Assembly: GCA_004553485.1 (NCBI GenBank)
Contig: SFLG01000005.1
Coordinates: 6,412-70,411 of the forward strand
DNA length: 64,000 bases
Source of the DNA: Bacteroidales bacterium
GTDB lineage: Bacteria > Bacteroidota > Bacteroidia > Bacteroidales > Muribaculaceae
Direction: 5' to 3'
Shown: positions 46,645 through 57,545 of the stretch, piece by piece
Layout: each line of letters starts with the position of its first letter
Position numbering within the stretch: the first letter of the stretch is position 1
Program-made: the position numbers and the translations under genes
Notes under the pieces: model-generated
What the model was told of the DNA's origin: nothing
Database searches by the model: none
Seen by the model: the letters and a program-made list of their open reading frames with translations, nothing else

Positions 46645-47754
46645 CTAATTCTTCACAGTATTATGGATATAGTTGCGCCATTTTTCGATAAGGCGCGACA
46701 TATCCTCGGGGATGGGAGCCTCGAAGAACATCTGCTCGTGGGTGCGGGGATGCTCAAAGCCCAGTGTGCGGGCGTGAAGCGCCTGGCGCGGACAGGTCTC
46801 GAAACAATTGGCGATAAAGGCGTTGTAGGCCGAGGTGCGCTCGCCGCGCAGAGCCTTGTCGCCGCCATAGCGGGCGTCGTTGAACAGCGTGTGGCCGATG
46901 TGGCGCATGTGCACGCGTATCTGGTGAGTGCGCCCCGTCTCAAGTACACAGCGCACAACGCTGACATGTCCCAGCGGTTCGATTACAGAATAATGTGTGA
47001 CGGCGCGCTTGCCGACGGGTCCGTCGGCTGGATAGACGTCCATCTGCAGGCGGTCGCGCACCGAGCGGGCGATGTTGCCCTCGATAGTGCCCTCGGCCGG
47101 TTCGGGCTGTCCCCACACCACCGCCACGTACTCGCGCCGTGTGGTCTTGTTGAAGAACTGACGTCCGAGATGCGTCTTGGCGTCCGGGGTCTTGGCCACG
47201 ACAAGCAGTCCCGACGTGTCCTTGTCGATGCGGTGCACCAGACCGAGGCGCGGGTCAGAGACGTCATAGTCGGGAGTGTCGCGGAAATGCCATGCCAGGG
47301 CGTTCACCAACGTGCCCGTCCAGTTTCCGTGACCGGGATGGACAACCAGTCCGGCCGGCTTGTTGACAACCAGCACGTCGTCGTCCTCGTAAACGATGTC
47401 GAGCGGGATGTCCTCGGCCACCACCTCGTGCTCGTAGCGCGGGCGGTCCATCACCACCTGCACCACGTCGAGGGGCTTTACGCGGTAGTTCGATTTCACC
47501 GCCTTGCCGTTCACCAGTATGCAGCCCGCCTCGGCGGCCTGCTGCACGCGGTTGCGCGACGAGCCGGACAGCCGCTCGGTCAGAAACTTGTCGACGCGCA
47601 GCAGCTGCTGGCCCTTGTCGGCGACAAAGCGGAAATGCTCGTACAGGCCGTCACCCGCGTCGTCACCCGCGTCGATGTCCTCGGCGTCAACACCGTCGGC
47701 ATCGAGGCCGTCAAGCTCGTCATCGATAAAGTTGTCGGGAGTCATATCGCTCAC
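46645..47754 (-). CDS. rluD: RluA-family 23S rRNA pseudouridine synthase (RluD-like)
   Basis: S4 domain, VNKPAGLVVHPG, VHRIDKDTSG, TGRTHQIRVH, RQALHA. Confidence 0.92.
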   Translation of the reverse strand: MSDMTPDNFIDDELDGLDADGVDAEDIDAGDDAGDGLYEHFRFVADKGQQLLRVDKFLTERLSGSSRNRVQQAAEAGCILVNGKAVKSNYRVKPLDVVQVVMDRPRYEHEVVAEDIPLDIVYEDDDVLVVNKPAGLVVHPGHGNWTGTLVNALAWHFRDTPDYDVSDPRLGLVHRIDKDTSGLLVVAKTPDAKTHLGRQFFNKTTRREYVAVVWGQPEPAEGTIEGNIARSVRDRLQMDVYPADGPVGKRAVTHYSVIEPLGHVSVVRCVLETGRTHQIRVHMRHIGHTLFNDARYGGDKALRGERTSAYNAFIANCFETCPRQALHARTLGFEHPRTHEQMFFEAPIPEDMSRLIEKWRNYIHNTVKN

Positions 47755-47756
47755 TG

Positions 47757-48533
47757 TCAGTTGATCGAGTCGGGATTTGCGGTGATACCGGAAACTTCGG
47801 AGGGGTCAGAGGCAAAGATCGAGTCGACCTGCTCGTCGATGTAGGCATCGAGGGCTTTTACGCTCTGGCCTATCTCCAGGACAACGGTGGCGTTGGCCTG
47901 GACCTTGCTGCCCATGCCGATAGGCTTGCCGTTGACCTTTGCCGATACGACGATGTTGTCGTATTCGGACGGCACGTATTCGATCTTGACCGAGCTTATG
48001 CCGCGGGCCGACAGATAGTTCTCGGCCTGTTTGAGCGAGATGTCGGTGAGGGGGAAGTCGATGATGACGGTACGGGGCGAGAAGGCCACGATTGTAAGGT
48101 ACACCTCGCGCCCGCCCTTGACGACGGCACCGGCCTTGGGGTAGACCTCGACGATTGTGCCGCCACGCTGACGGCTGTCGTAGATGGAGTCTGAAATAAC
48201 AGCCATCAGGTTGGCCTCGTCAAGCGCGTTTATCGCCTGCTCGTACTGCATACCCTTGATGGCGGGCACGGTGGTGGTGTCGCCATGGTGGGTCCACAGG
48301 TTGGTAAACAGCAGGAAAAGCCACAGCAGCACCGGCACTGACAATATTATAAATACAATCGTCAGCCAGATGGCATTGCGGCGGTAGAAATCTTTTAACT
48401 TTACCATAAAATCTTTGTACTGTTTATCCTTGCGGGGTTTGAGGTTTTGCTTGTGGCCGGTATCGCTCACTTCGGGACTTTCAAAGTCTATCGTCTCGTC
48501 GTCGAACTGTATCTCAGGTTCCTTATGTTCCAT
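47757..48533 (-). CDS. PASTA domain protein
   Basis: TM helix, WTHHG..VP, P.AG.VVK.GR.VYLTI. Confidence 0.87.
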   Translation of the reverse strand: MEHKEPEIQFDDETIDFESPEVSDTGHKQNLKPRKDKQYKDFMVKLKDFYRRNAIWLTIVFIILSVPVLLWLFLLFTNLWTHHGDTTTVPAIKGMQYEQAINALDEANLMAVISDSIYDSRQRGGTIVEVYPKAGAVVKGGREVYLTIVAFSPRTVIIDFPLTDISLKQAENYLSARGISSVKIEYVPSEYDNIVVSAKVNGKPIGMGSKVQANATVVLEIGQSVKALDAYIDEQVDSIFASDPSEVSGITANPDSIN

Positions 48534-48719
48534 ATCTGCTACTTAGAGCCCGTCAGCCGGTGCCAAACACCGCTGTGCGAGCCGTCCTATTCATTCGCAA
48601 AATTAACAAATCCATCCGACATATCGAAATAAACCGGCAAAAACCGTCGTCCAACCGCGCTGTAACAAAAATTTTTCATTAACTTTGCATAATGACAGCC
48701 ATAGGCCGGCCATCACACT

Positions 48720-49403
48720 ATGAATCGACCCTATAGCAAAAAACGAGAAACGACAGAGTCACACGACGCCGAGGACGCAGCGCTGTTCGAGCGCCGCGGC
48801 ACCGGTCGCGCCGACATACCTGTGCGCGGCGGCCGGGTCGATATGGCCGATGTCGATGCCGCGGTGGCCGTTCTGCGTCGCGGCGGCGTCATCCTCTACC
48901 CCACCGACACGGTCTGGGGCATAGGCTGCGACGCCACCAACGACGAGGCCGTGCGCCGTATCTACGCCATCAAACAGCGCGACGACAGCAAGGCGATGCT
49001 CACACTGGTGTCGGACCTTGCCATGCTCGAGCGCACCGTCGACGGCATCCCCGACGTGGCCTACGACCTGATTGAATTTTCAGACCGTCCCACCACCATC
49101 GTCTACGACAAGGGCATCGGCGTGTCTCCCCTGCTCCTCGGCCCGGACGGCACCCTTGGCGTGCGCGTGGCCGGCGAGAGCTTCTGCAACGCCCTCGTGC
49201 GCCGTCTGGGACGTCCCCTCGTCTCCACCTCGGCAAACATCAGCGGCAAGCCCGCCGCACGCTCTTTTGACGAGATAGCCCCCGAAGTGGCCGTCGCCGC
49301 CGACTACATCTGCACCTCGCGACGTGACGACCCGTGTCTCACCCCTCCATCGTGTGTCATCCGTCTCACTGCCTCGGGACAGTTTACCATTCTGCGAAAA
49401 TGA
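48720..49403 (+). CDS. tsaC: L-threonylcarbamoyladenylate synthase (Sua5/YrdC)
   Basis: YPTDTVWGIGCDA, PLVSTSANISG; true start may be further downstream. Confidence 0.9.
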   Translation: MNRPYSKKRETTESHDAEDAALFERRGTGRADIPVRGGRVDMADVDAAVAVLRRGGVILYPTDTVWGIGCDATNDEAVRRIYAIKQRDDSKAMLTLVSDLAMLERTVDGIPDVAYDLIEFSDRPTTIVYDKGIGVSPLLLGPDGTLGVRVAGESFCNALVRRLGRPLVSTSANISGKPAARSFDEIAPEVAVAADYICTSRRDDPCLTPPSCVIRLTASGQFTILRK

Positions 49404-50821
49404 TCAACAACCGCCGACAATCGTTAAAATACGTCCTCTCCGACTGGCTGTCCCTCAACGTGGGATGGTTCCTGTTCACTATGGTGAGGTATTCGGCCCT
49501 GCCCGACCACATGTTGGGCGACGGCGGTTTCATGGGACATATCGCCACCAGCCCGGTGCTCGAGGGACAGATTGTCTTCCCGTTTATGATGATGGCAATG
49601 TACTGGCTGTCGGGTTATTACAACCAGCCGTATTTCAAGAGCCGCCTCGACGACGTACTCAACACGGTCTTTGTCAGCCTCTGCGGCTCTATCGTCATCT
49701 TCTTTGTGGCGATGGTCAACGACGGCTTCTCGGAGCGCTCGACCAACATCACGCTGCTGCTCCTGCTGTGGCTGTTCCTCATCGTGCCGGTCTACATCTG
49801 CCGCGTGATAATAACCTACTCGGCGACAAAAAAGATACGCCGCGGCGAAATCGCCTACAACTCACTGGTAGTGGGCACGGGACGGTCGGCCATCGAGCTC
49901 GCCGAGCGCATCAACCGCAGCAGCCACGGCAACGGCTTCCGCATCGTGGGCCTTGTCGAGGTATGCCCGGGCCAGAAGAGCGGCTACGACACGACCCTCG
50001 AGGTCTCTGACATCGCCGACATACGGCAGACGATAGCCGAGAAGAATATCGAGCGACTGATAGTGGTGCCTCACCGCAACGGTCTTAAGCAGACATTCGA
50101 GCTGATTACCAAGCTGATGCCTCTGGGCTGCGAGATTTTTGCCACGCCCGACCTCTACAGTATGATAGTGATGCGCCCGCGCATGCAGGACGTGGTCAAC
50201 GACCCGTTGGTGAACATTTCGTCGCCGGGCTTCTCGCCGATGACCGCCAATATGAAACGCACGGCCGACGTGGTGCTGTCAGCGCTGGCGCTGCTGCTGT
50301 TCAGCCCTCTGTACCTGGCCCTGGCCATCGCCGTCAAAATCGACAGCCCGGGGCCGGCCTTCTACCGTCAGCAGCGCATCGGCTATCACAAAAAGCCGTT
50401 CTACATCTACAAATTCAGGTCGATGTACACCGACTCCGAGGCCGACGGCCCGTCGCTGTCCACCATCGACGACCCTCGCATAACGCGCGTGGGCCGCTTT
50501 CTGCGCAAATACCGTCTGGACGAATTCCCGCAGTTCTGGAACGTCCTCAAAGGCGACATGTCGATTGTAGGTCCGCGACCCGAACGCGAATATTACGTCC
50601 GTCAGATTGTCGAGCGCATGCCCTACTACACCCTGGTGCACCGCGTGCGCCCGGGCATAACATCTTGGGGCATGGTAAAGTACGGCTACGCGTCGAATGT
50701 CGACCAGATGATCGACCGTCTGCGTTACGACCTGCTGTACCTCGAAAACGTCTCGATGGGCGTAGACCTCAAGATACTTTTCCACACCGTGAGCACGGTA
50801 ATCACAGGCCGCGGCATCTGA
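49400..50821 (+). CDS. Polyprenyl glycosylphosphotransferase (sugar transferase)
   Basis: [44 protein letters not shown]. Confidence 0.93.
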   Translation: MINNRRQSLKYVLSDWLSLNVGWFLFTMVRYSALPDHMLGDGGFMGHIATSPVLEGQIVFPFMMMAMYWLSGYYNQPYFKSRLDDVLNTVFVSLCGSIVIFFVAMVNDGFSERSTNITLLLLLWLFLIVPVYICRVIITYSATKKIRRGEIAYNSLVVGTGRSAIELAERINRSSHGNGFRIVGLVEVCPGQKSGYDTTLEVSDIADIRQTIAEKNIERLIVVPHRNGLKQTFELITKLMPLGCEIFATPDLYSMIVMRPRMQDVVNDPLVNISSPGFSPMTANMKRTADVVLSALALLLFSPLYLALAIAVKIDSPGPAFYRQQRIGYHKKPFYIYKFRSMYTDSEADGPSLSTIDDPRITRVGRFLRKYRLDEFPQFWNVLKGDMSIVGPRPEREYYVRQIVERMPYYTLVHRVRPGITSWGMVKYGYASNVDQMIDRLRYDLLYLENVSMGVDLKILFHTVSTVITGRGI

Positions 50822-50851
50822 ACAAACAACGTTAACGAAAGGACAAAAGCT

Positions 50852-52663
50852 ATGGCAATGAAACCGCAGAATCCCGACTCGAAAATCGACAAGATGTTCC
50901 TGTCGTTTCTGTCCTGGCGCGAGAAGTACGTCGGGGAGCGCACCTTCGTTATCATCCTGGCGCTGTTGGTGGGCATCTTCAGCGGCTTTGCCGCCATAGT
51001 GCTGAAATTCCTGATACACACCATATCGTCGCTTCTGCTCAGCCACGTCAACGTCAGCGAGGGCAACTATCTGTACATCATCTTCCCCGCCCTGGGCGTC
51101 ATTATCGCCGGGCTGTTTGTGCGCTACCTCGTGCGCGACAACATCTCGCACGGCGTGACCCGCGTGCTCTATGCCATCTCGTCCAACAAGAGCCGCCTCA
51201 AAAAGCACAACATGTACACATCGGTGATAGCCTCGTCCATCACCATCGGCTTCGGCGGCTCGGTAGGTGCCGAGGGTCCTATCGTCGCCACGGGCGCCGC
51301 GATAGGCTCGAACGTCGGACAGGCGTTCCGCATGTCGCCGCGCGTGCTGATGATACTTGTGGGCTGCGGAGCGGCGGCGGGTATATCGGGCATCTTCAAG
51401 GCCCCCATCGCCGGCATGCTTTTCACCCTCGAGGTGCTGATGCTCGACCTCACGACGGTGTCGGTGATGCCGCTGCTGATATCGTCCATAACGGCGGCCA
51501 CGATAGCCTACCTGTACACGGGGTACGAGTTCGAGTTCTTCTTTGTGCAGAGCGACACGTTCACGCTGGCAAAGCTGCCGTTCGTGCTTGTGCTGGGTGT
51601 GGTGTGCGGACTGGTGTCGCTGTACTTCACACGCGTGATGAATATGATGGAGAATATGTTCAGACGCCTGAGCAAGCACTACTGGCTCAAGGTCGGTACG
51701 GGATGTGTCATCCTATCGGGACTGGTGTTCCTTTTCCCGCCGCTCTATGGCGAGGGCTACGGAGCAATCTCGGGACTGCTTGCCGGCGATATCTCGTCGA
51801 TTGTCAACGGCTCGCTGTTCTACTCCGAGGGCAGCCACGTCTGGTTCATCATCCTGTTCATCGTCGCCATCATCGCCAGCAAGGCCTTTGCTACCTCGGC
51901 CACCAACGGCGGCGGAGGCGTGGGCGGAACCTTTGCGCCATCGCTCTTCGTGGGCGCTATGACGGGCTTTGTGTTCGCCCTCTGCTCCAACGCGCTCGGC
52001 TTTGAGACAGCAATCTCCGACAAAAACTTCTCGCTGATAGGTATGGCCGGCGTCATGGCCGGCGTCATGCACGCGCCGCTGATGGCAATCTTCCTCACCG
52101 CCGAGCTCACCGGCGGCTACAACCTTTTCCTGCCCCTGCTCCTTGTCAGCGCCACCGCCTACGGCACCATCAAGATTTTCGAGCCCTACAGCATCTACGC
52201 CATGCGTCTGGCCCAGCGCGGCGAGCTGCTAACCCACCACAAGGACAAGGCCGTGCTGACGCTGCTAAAGGTCGGCAACGTCATCGAGAACGACTTCCTC
52301 ACCGTCACCCCGAAGATGTCGCTGAAAGAGATGTGCGACGTCATCTCGCGCAGCCACCGCAACCTCTTCCCCGTCCTCGACAAGGATAACAAGCTAATAG
52401 GCGTGGTCATTCTGGACGAGATACGCAATATCATGTTCCGTCCCGACCTTTACCGCAAGATGTACGTCAACAAGTTTATGAGCATCCCGCCGGCCAAAAT
52501 CCGTGACGACTCGTCGATGGAGTCGGTGATGAAGACCTTCGACCAGACGCACGCCTGGAATCTCCCTGTAGTTGACGCCGAGGGCCACTACGTCGGCTTC
52601 GTCTCCAAGTCCAAGATTTTCAACTCCTACCGCCGCGTCCTCCGCCACTACTGCGAAGACTGA
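50852..52663 (+). CDS. ClC chloride channel/antiporter with CBS domains
   Basis: GGSVGAEGP, FKAPIAG, GGGVGGTFAPSL, C-terminal CBS pair. Confidence 0.94.
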   Translation: MAMKPQNPDSKIDKMFLSFLSWREKYVGERTFVIILALLVGIFSGFAAIVLKFLIHTISSLLLSHVNVSEGNYLYIIFPALGVIIAGLFVRYLVRDNISHGVTRVLYAISSNKSRLKKHNMYTSVIASSITIGFGGSVGAEGPIVATGAAIGSNVGQAFRMSPRVLMILVGCGAAAGISGIFKAPIAGMLFTLEVLMLDLTTVSVMPLLISSITAATIAYLYTGYEFEFFFVQSDTFTLAKLPFVLVLGVVCGLVSLYFTRVMNMMENMFRRLSKHYWLKVGTGCVILSGLVFLFPPLYGEGYGAISGLLAGDISSIVNGSLFYSEGSHVWFIILFIVAIIASKAFATSATNGGGGVGGTFAPSLFVGAMTGFVFALCSNALGFETAISDKNFSLIGMAGVMAGVMHAPLMAIFLTAELTGGYNLFLPLLLVSATAYGTIKIFEPYSIYAMRLAQRGELLTHHKDKAVLTLLKVGNVIENDFLTVTPKMSLKEMCDVISRSHRNLFPVLDKDNKLIGVVILDEIRNIMFRPDLYRKMYVNKFMSIPPAKIRDDSSMESVMKTFDQTHAWNLPVVDAEGHYVGFVSKSKIFNSYRRVLRHYCED

Positions 52664-52688
52664 CTGGCGACCGGCAGGGGCCTGCCCC

Positions 52689-52760
52689 AGCTAAAATAGC
52701 TACGGTAGCTAAAATAGCTAAAATAGCTAAAATAGCTAAAATAGCTAAAGTAGCTAAATT
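52689..52760. repeat. 9-bp tandem repeat AGCTAAAAT x8
   Basis: Five exact and three variant units. Confidence 0.95.
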
Positions 52761-52794
52761 AGCCCGGAAATTGCACAACACAAAAGGGACACAT

Positions 52795-52834
52795 AATTAA
52801 AAAAGGACACACAATCGTGTGTCCTTTTTTAATT
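52795..52834. terminator. Bidirectional intrinsic terminator
   Basis: aattaaaaaaggacacac-aatc-gtgtgtccttttttaatt, an 18-bp perfect stem. Confidence 0.9.
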
Positions 52835-52870
52835 GTTATACAGTATGTCAGTCGGCTGGCCCTTAGCGGC

Positions 52871-53245
52871 TTAGTGGACGGCGACAACTTCGATTTCGAC
52901 GAGGGCGTTTTTCGGGAGCGTGCGCACGGCAACGGCCGAGCGGGCCGGGAAGGGTGCGGGGAAGTGGCGCGCATAGACCTCGTTCATGGCGGCGAAGTCA
53001 CCCATGTCGGCAAGGAAAACCGTAGTTTTAACGACGTTGGCTAATGTCAGCCCTGCTCCGGCAAGGACGGCGGCGACGTTACGCAGCGACATCTCGGTCT
53101 GCGCGGTGATGTCGGCAGGCATGGTGCCGGTGGAGGGGTCAACGGGCAGCTGACCCGAGGCAAAAACAAATGTCCCGGTGTCAATGGCCTGGCTGTACGG
53201 ACCGATGGCGCCGGGAGCGGCAGTGGTAGCGATTTCTTTTTTCAT
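52871..53245 (-). CDS. ridA: RidA family enamine/imine deaminase
   Basis: APGAIGPYSQA, SGQLP, VVKTTVFL, PARSAVAV..LP...LVEIE. Confidence 0.94.
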   Translation of the reverse strand: MKKEIATTAAPGAIGPYSQAIDTGTFVFASGQLPVDPSTGTMPADITAQTEMSLRNVAAVLAGAGLTLANVVKTTVFLADMGDFAAMNEVYARHFPAPFPARSAVAVRTLPKNALVEIEVVAVH

Positions 53246-53357
53246 TGCAGTATATTCTATTTTAAGTTAGTAAACTCCAAACCATCATAAAACCCACATC
53301 ACATACGTTACATACATTACATTAACCCTTCGCCAATTACCATCAAACATTAAAGTT

Positions 53358-54887
53358 TTAGTAAAACTTTAATGTTTGATCGCTTCGCATAAAAGGATTG
53401 GGCGACGTATCGTCATTATCGGTGTTGCTTGATTCGCCGTCGGCTATTTCCCGCGCAAGCTCGATACCGAGGCTCTCTGCCGTTTCGGCGTCCACAAACC
53501 CGGCGGGGTCGATTTTCAGCGAAGTCAGGGGCACGGCGTCGGCGGCCTTGTTGAACTGCTCGCTGAGGCTGTCCATAGCCTTCACCACCGAGCCGAAACG
53601 GTCGTCGAACCGCGGGATAAAATTGTCCTTGCCGAGGTTGTTGAGGCGGCTGCGCACATAGCCCACCGTCAGCAGCGACGGCTCGACGGCCGGCTGGTAA
53701 CCGTAGCTCTCCTTTCGGATGTCGAGAACCATGCGGTTGATGATGCCGGCGCGCATAAGGTGGTCGAGGACGTCGCTGAGCAGGCGCGGCGGAATCTCGG
53801 TCAGCGCCGCCAGCTGGTGGCGCGTGAGCGGAATCTGCGACTTGACAAAGCGTTCGACGATGATGGTGGCGACGGCTATCTCCACCTTGCGCAGGTAGGA
53901 GTGCGAGATATTGCTTACCTGCGTCGAGAAGGCGTACATAAAGATATTCTGCGACGAATAGCAAATCAGCGCTCCGCCCAGCACCGCCATCCACGTCAGC
54001 TGAAGCCACAGCATCAACAGCGGCAGGAAGGCGAACGAGCCGTATATCGCGTTGTATCTTGTGACATACAGCTGTCCGCTGACAAACAGCCACTGAAGAA
54101 TCAGGAAGGCCGTGCCGGTGAGCACGCCGGCCAGCAGAGCGTTGGGAATCTTGACTTTAGTATTGGGGACGAGGATAAAGACTCCGGCAAAGAACAGCCA
54201 GGTAAACATCCACGACGCCACCTCGAGCAACGCCGATATCACGGGCGTCATAAAGCTGAAGTGGAAAACCGACTGCAGCGTGGACGACATAAACACCGCA
54301 ATACCGCCGCCACAGATCATCAGGATGGGCAGGATCAGCAGCATCGCCGTGTAGTCGGTGATCTTGCGCCAAAAGCCGCGGTTCTGCTTGATGCCCCAGA
54401 TGAGGTTGAAAGTCTGCTCGACATTGCTGAGCAGCGAAATGAGCATCCACACAAGAAAGACGATACCGATGCCCACGAAAAGCCCCTCGCTCGAGTGGCT
54501 GAGGTATGAGTCGGAGAACTGCAGCAGATACTCAAGCGTGTTGTGCTGTCCCGGCAGGGCGCGCTCTATCTCCTGTTCGAGCAGCTTCTGAAATCCGAAT
54601 CCGCGCCCTATCGCAAAAAGCATCGCTATGGCGGGGACGATGGCCAGTGTCGTGCGGAAACTGAGGGCGCACGCCTTGTTCTGCAGATTAGTGTCGAGGA
54701 ACGAGTTGACACTGATGTTCAACGTCTTTAGCAGATTTACCTTAAACGTGGTGCGGGTGTCCTGCCAGATGCCGTCGGTCCAGTAATACCATGCGCGCTC
54801 GGTGCGGGCACGCAGCCATGCCTGCAGTCGCAACAGCCGTCCCGGCTGTTTCTTCTTGTGTCCGTAGTCCTTTGGTCGTTTCGTCAT
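53358..54887 (-). CDS. YihY/virulence factor BrkB family membrane protein
   Basis: ACALSFRTTLAIVP, FNLIWG, YNAIYGSFAFLPL; C-terminal HTH-like extension. Confidence 0.9.
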   Translation of the reverse strand: MTKRPKDYGHKKKQPGRLLRLQAWLRARTERAWYYWTDGIWQDTRTTFKVNLLKTLNISVNSFLDTNLQNKACALSFRTTLAIVPAIAMLFAIGRGFGFQKLLEQEIERALPGQHNTLEYLLQFSDSYLSHSSEGLFVGIGIVFLVWMLISLLSNVEQTFNLIWGIKQNRGFWRKITDYTAMLLILPILMICGGGIAVFMSSTLQSVFHFSFMTPVISALLEVASWMFTWLFFAGVFILVPNTKVKIPNALLAGVLTGTAFLILQWLFVSGQLYVTRYNAIYGSFAFLPLLMLWLQLTWMAVLGGALICYSSQNIFMYAFSTQVSNISHSYLRKVEIAVATIIVERFVKSQIPLTRHQLAALTEIPPRLLSDVLDHLMRAGIINRMVLDIRKESYGYQPAVEPSLLTVGYVRSRLNNLGKDNFIPRFDDRFGSVVKAMDSLSEQFNKAADAVPLTSLKIDPAGFVDAETAESLGIELAREIADGESSNTDNDDTSPNPFMRSDQTLKFY

Positions 54888-55026
54888 ATTTGTTAAAACA
54901 AAAAATCAACGCACGGGTTGTTTCTTTTTTGCAAATTTACAAAATTCAGCCAATAATCCTTATCTTTGCGACAACAACCCCGCACGAAGGAAATGCGGGA
55001 CTGTCATGACAGCTAATTCACAACCG

Positions 55027-56121
55027 ATGAAACTACACAAGATAAGCACACTTTGCGCCGTCATAGCCTGCGCCGCAGCCTTTACCGGCAGCGACGCCGT
55101 GGCCTGCACGTCGGCAATCGTCAGCGGCCGCGCGTCGGCTTCGGGCCGCCCGTTGCTGTGGAAAAACCGCGACACGGGCCAGCAACACAACTTTGTCGAG
55201 CGCGTGAATACCGGCCGACCCGGCGAGTTGGCATACGTCGGACTGTTCAACGCCGGCGACTCGCTGCTGAGCGAGGCGTGGATGGGAATGAACGAGGCCG
55301 GCTTTGCCATAATGAACACGGCCTCGTACAACCTCGCTCCCGACACCGCCACCGTCAAAGACCGCGAGGGCCTTCTCATGAGCCGCGCCCTGCAGGTTTG
55401 CCGCACCGTCGACGACTTTGCACGCCTGCTCGACACGTTGCCCAAGCCGTTGGGTGTCCAGGCCAACTTCGGCGTCATCGATGCCACCGGCGCCGGGGCC
55501 TACTTCGAGACCGACGACTACCGCTACACGCCGTTCTACCTCAGCGAGAGCGAGGACGGGGTGATTATCCGCACCAATTTCTCGCGGACGGGCAACGCCA
55601 CCGACGGCATGGGCTACATCCGCTGCGACAATGCCCGCCATCTCCTTGCCGACCGCATCAGCAACGGCGGCTTTGTCCCCGAAGACTTTACCGAGACGTG
55701 CTCGCGCTCTTACTGGCACAGCCTCCTCGGCCGCGACGTCCTTGCCGACACCACCCAGCACTGGGCCGTCGACCAGGACTTTATCCCGCGCCACAGCACA
55801 TCGGCCTCGGTGGTAATAGAGGGAGCGATGCCCGGCGGCGACCCGTCGGACTGCGTGATGTGGACGATGCTGGGCTACCCCGGCACGGCCCATATCGAGG
55901 CCGTCACCCTTGACAAGGTTCCCGAGACCGTGCGCCCCACCCTCCCCGGCTGGCGCAGCGAGGCGTCAGAGACGTCGCTGAAGCTGCGCGACACTCGTGT
56001 TTTCCCCATCCATCGCGGAAGCGGTCAGCACTACATCGACCTCGACTACCTCCGCACCGAAGTCCCCCGCCAGCGCGCCCTCTCCACCTCGGCCTACCGC
56101 CGGGCCCGCAGCCGCCGCTGA
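55027..56121 (+). CDS. Ntn-hydrolase, peptidase C45/C69-like secreted protein
   Basis: Signal peptide then CTSAIVSG..GRPLLWKNRD, GMNEAGFAIMN, RTNFS; alternative ATG at 55006. Confidence 0.8.
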   Translation: MKLHKISTLCAVIACAAAFTGSDAVACTSAIVSGRASASGRPLLWKNRDTGQQHNFVERVNTGRPGELAYVGLFNAGDSLLSEAWMGMNEAGFAIMNTASYNLAPDTATVKDREGLLMSRALQVCRTVDDFARLLDTLPKPLGVQANFGVIDATGAGAYFETDDYRYTPFYLSESEDGVIIRTNFSRTGNATDGMGYIRCDNARHLLADRISNGGFVPEDFTETCSRSYWHSLLGRDVLADTTQHWAVDQDFIPRHSTSASVVIEGAMPGGDPSDCVMWTMLGYPGTAHIEAVTLDKVPETVRPTLPGWRSEASETSLKLRDTRVFPIHRGSGQHYIDLDYLRTEVPRQRALSTSAYRRARSRR

Positions 56122-56138
56122 CCCCGCCGTCTCGCTGA

Positions 56139-56193
56139 CACATAAAAAACCAGGCCGTTGCACCGGAGATGGGCAGCGGCCTGGTTTTATGTG
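56139..56193. terminator. Bidirectional intrinsic terminator
   Basis: aaaaccaggccgttgc...gcagcggcctggtttt. Confidence 0.82.
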
Positions 56194-56205
56194 AGTGTCA
56201 ACGAC

Positions 56206-57222
56206 TTAGTTGGCGGCAGGAGCGGCGGGAGCGGCAGGGGCGGCGGGAGCTGCGGGCTGCTCTTTGGCCTCCCAGCCGAGGGCGCTGGCACCGAGGACGG
56301 CGGCATCGGCCTCCTTGAGCTCGCTCAGCAGAACCTTGGGTCCGCCGTCGTGCTTGTAAATCTTCAGCATCGAGCGCTCCATGGCGGCGCGCAGGGGCTT
56401 CATCAGCAGGTCGCCGCTCTTTGACAGGCCGCCGAAGAGGACAAATGCCTCGGGCGACGAGAAGACGGTCATGTCGGCCATGGCCTCGCCGAGGATGGTG
56501 CCGGTGTAGTCAAAAATCTCGTGTGCGAGCTGGTCGCCCTTTATGGCGGCGTCGTAGACGTCCTTCGAGGTGATGGTGTCGATGTCGAGGTTACGCAGCA
56601 GCGAGGGCTCGGTGCGGATCTCCAGGAACTCGCGGGCGGTACGTGCCACACCTGTTGCCGAGCAGTATGCCTCGAGGCAGCCCGTGCGGCCGCAGCCGCA
56701 GAGGCGGCCGTTGGTGCGCTTTACTGTCAGGTGGCCAAGCTCGCCGGCCATGCCGTCGTGGCCGTAGACAACGGAGCCGTTGACAACGATGCCCGAGCCT
56801 ACGCCGGTGCCGAGGGTAATCATTATGAAATCTTTAAGACCGCGGGCTACGCCGTATGTCATCTCGCCGATGGCGGCGGCGTTGGCGTCGTTGGTGATGG
56901 CGCAGGGGATGCCGAATTTCTCCGACACGGCGCGGGCCAGGGGTATGGGCGACGGCCAGGGCAGGTTTACGCCGTGGGTAATCTCGCCGGTATAGTAGTT
57001 GGCGTCGGGAGCACCGATACCGATGCCGTGAATTTTGTCTACGGCGTCGTTGGCGGTGACGATGCGCATAACTTCGGTGTACAGCTCGTCGATGTAGTCG
57101 TCGAAGTTTGAGTGTTTGGCTGTTTTGATTGATGAAGAGGCAATTACGACGCCACGGGCATCGACAATTCCGAAGACGGTGTTAGTACCGCCCATATCGA
57201 TACCGATTACGTAAGGTTTCAT
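56206..57222 (-). CDS. ROK family sugar kinase (glucokinase-like)
   Basis: GIDMGGT, NDANAAA, LGTGVGSG, GELGH, CGCGRTGCLE; PAA-repeat tail. Confidence 0.93.
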   Translation of the reverse strand: MKPYVIGIDMGGTNTVFGIVDARGVVIASSSIKTAKHSNFDDYIDELYTEVMRIVTANDAVDKIHGIGIGAPDANYYTGEITHGVNLPWPSPIPLARAVSEKFGIPCAITNDANAAAIGEMTYGVARGLKDFIMITLGTGVGSGIVVNGSVVYGHDGMAGELGHLTVKRTNGRLCGCGRTGCLEAYCSATGVARTAREFLEIRTEPSLLRNLDIDTITSKDVYDAAIKGDQLAHEIFDYTGTILGEAMADMTVFSSPEAFVLFGGLSKSGDLLMKPLRAAMERSMLKIYKHDGGPKVLLSELKEADAAVLGASALGWEAKEQPAAPAAPAAPAAPAAN

Positions 57223-57545
57223 GTTGTAATAATATTATGGTGTTTAAATTTAAAGATTACTTTTTCGGCGGGGAAAAACGGGGGACAGAGCCTTCACCGG
57301 ATATATACCGATACACATATCTGAATGTATACCTCAATATATACCGCAAAGATAGAAAAAATTTTAGCAAGTCGGCAGTAACTTGAAACTTAAAATTAAC
57401 TAAAAGACACGGCAACCTTTTCTCTTCGGCCAAAATTCCGTAATTTTGCACTGACGAAGGCGCCCCGATCACCTTTTTCTCGATGCTGCGTGGCGCCCCG
57501 TTTCGTTTTCAATTATCAAGTTTCCATTTATAATTTCCAATCGTT

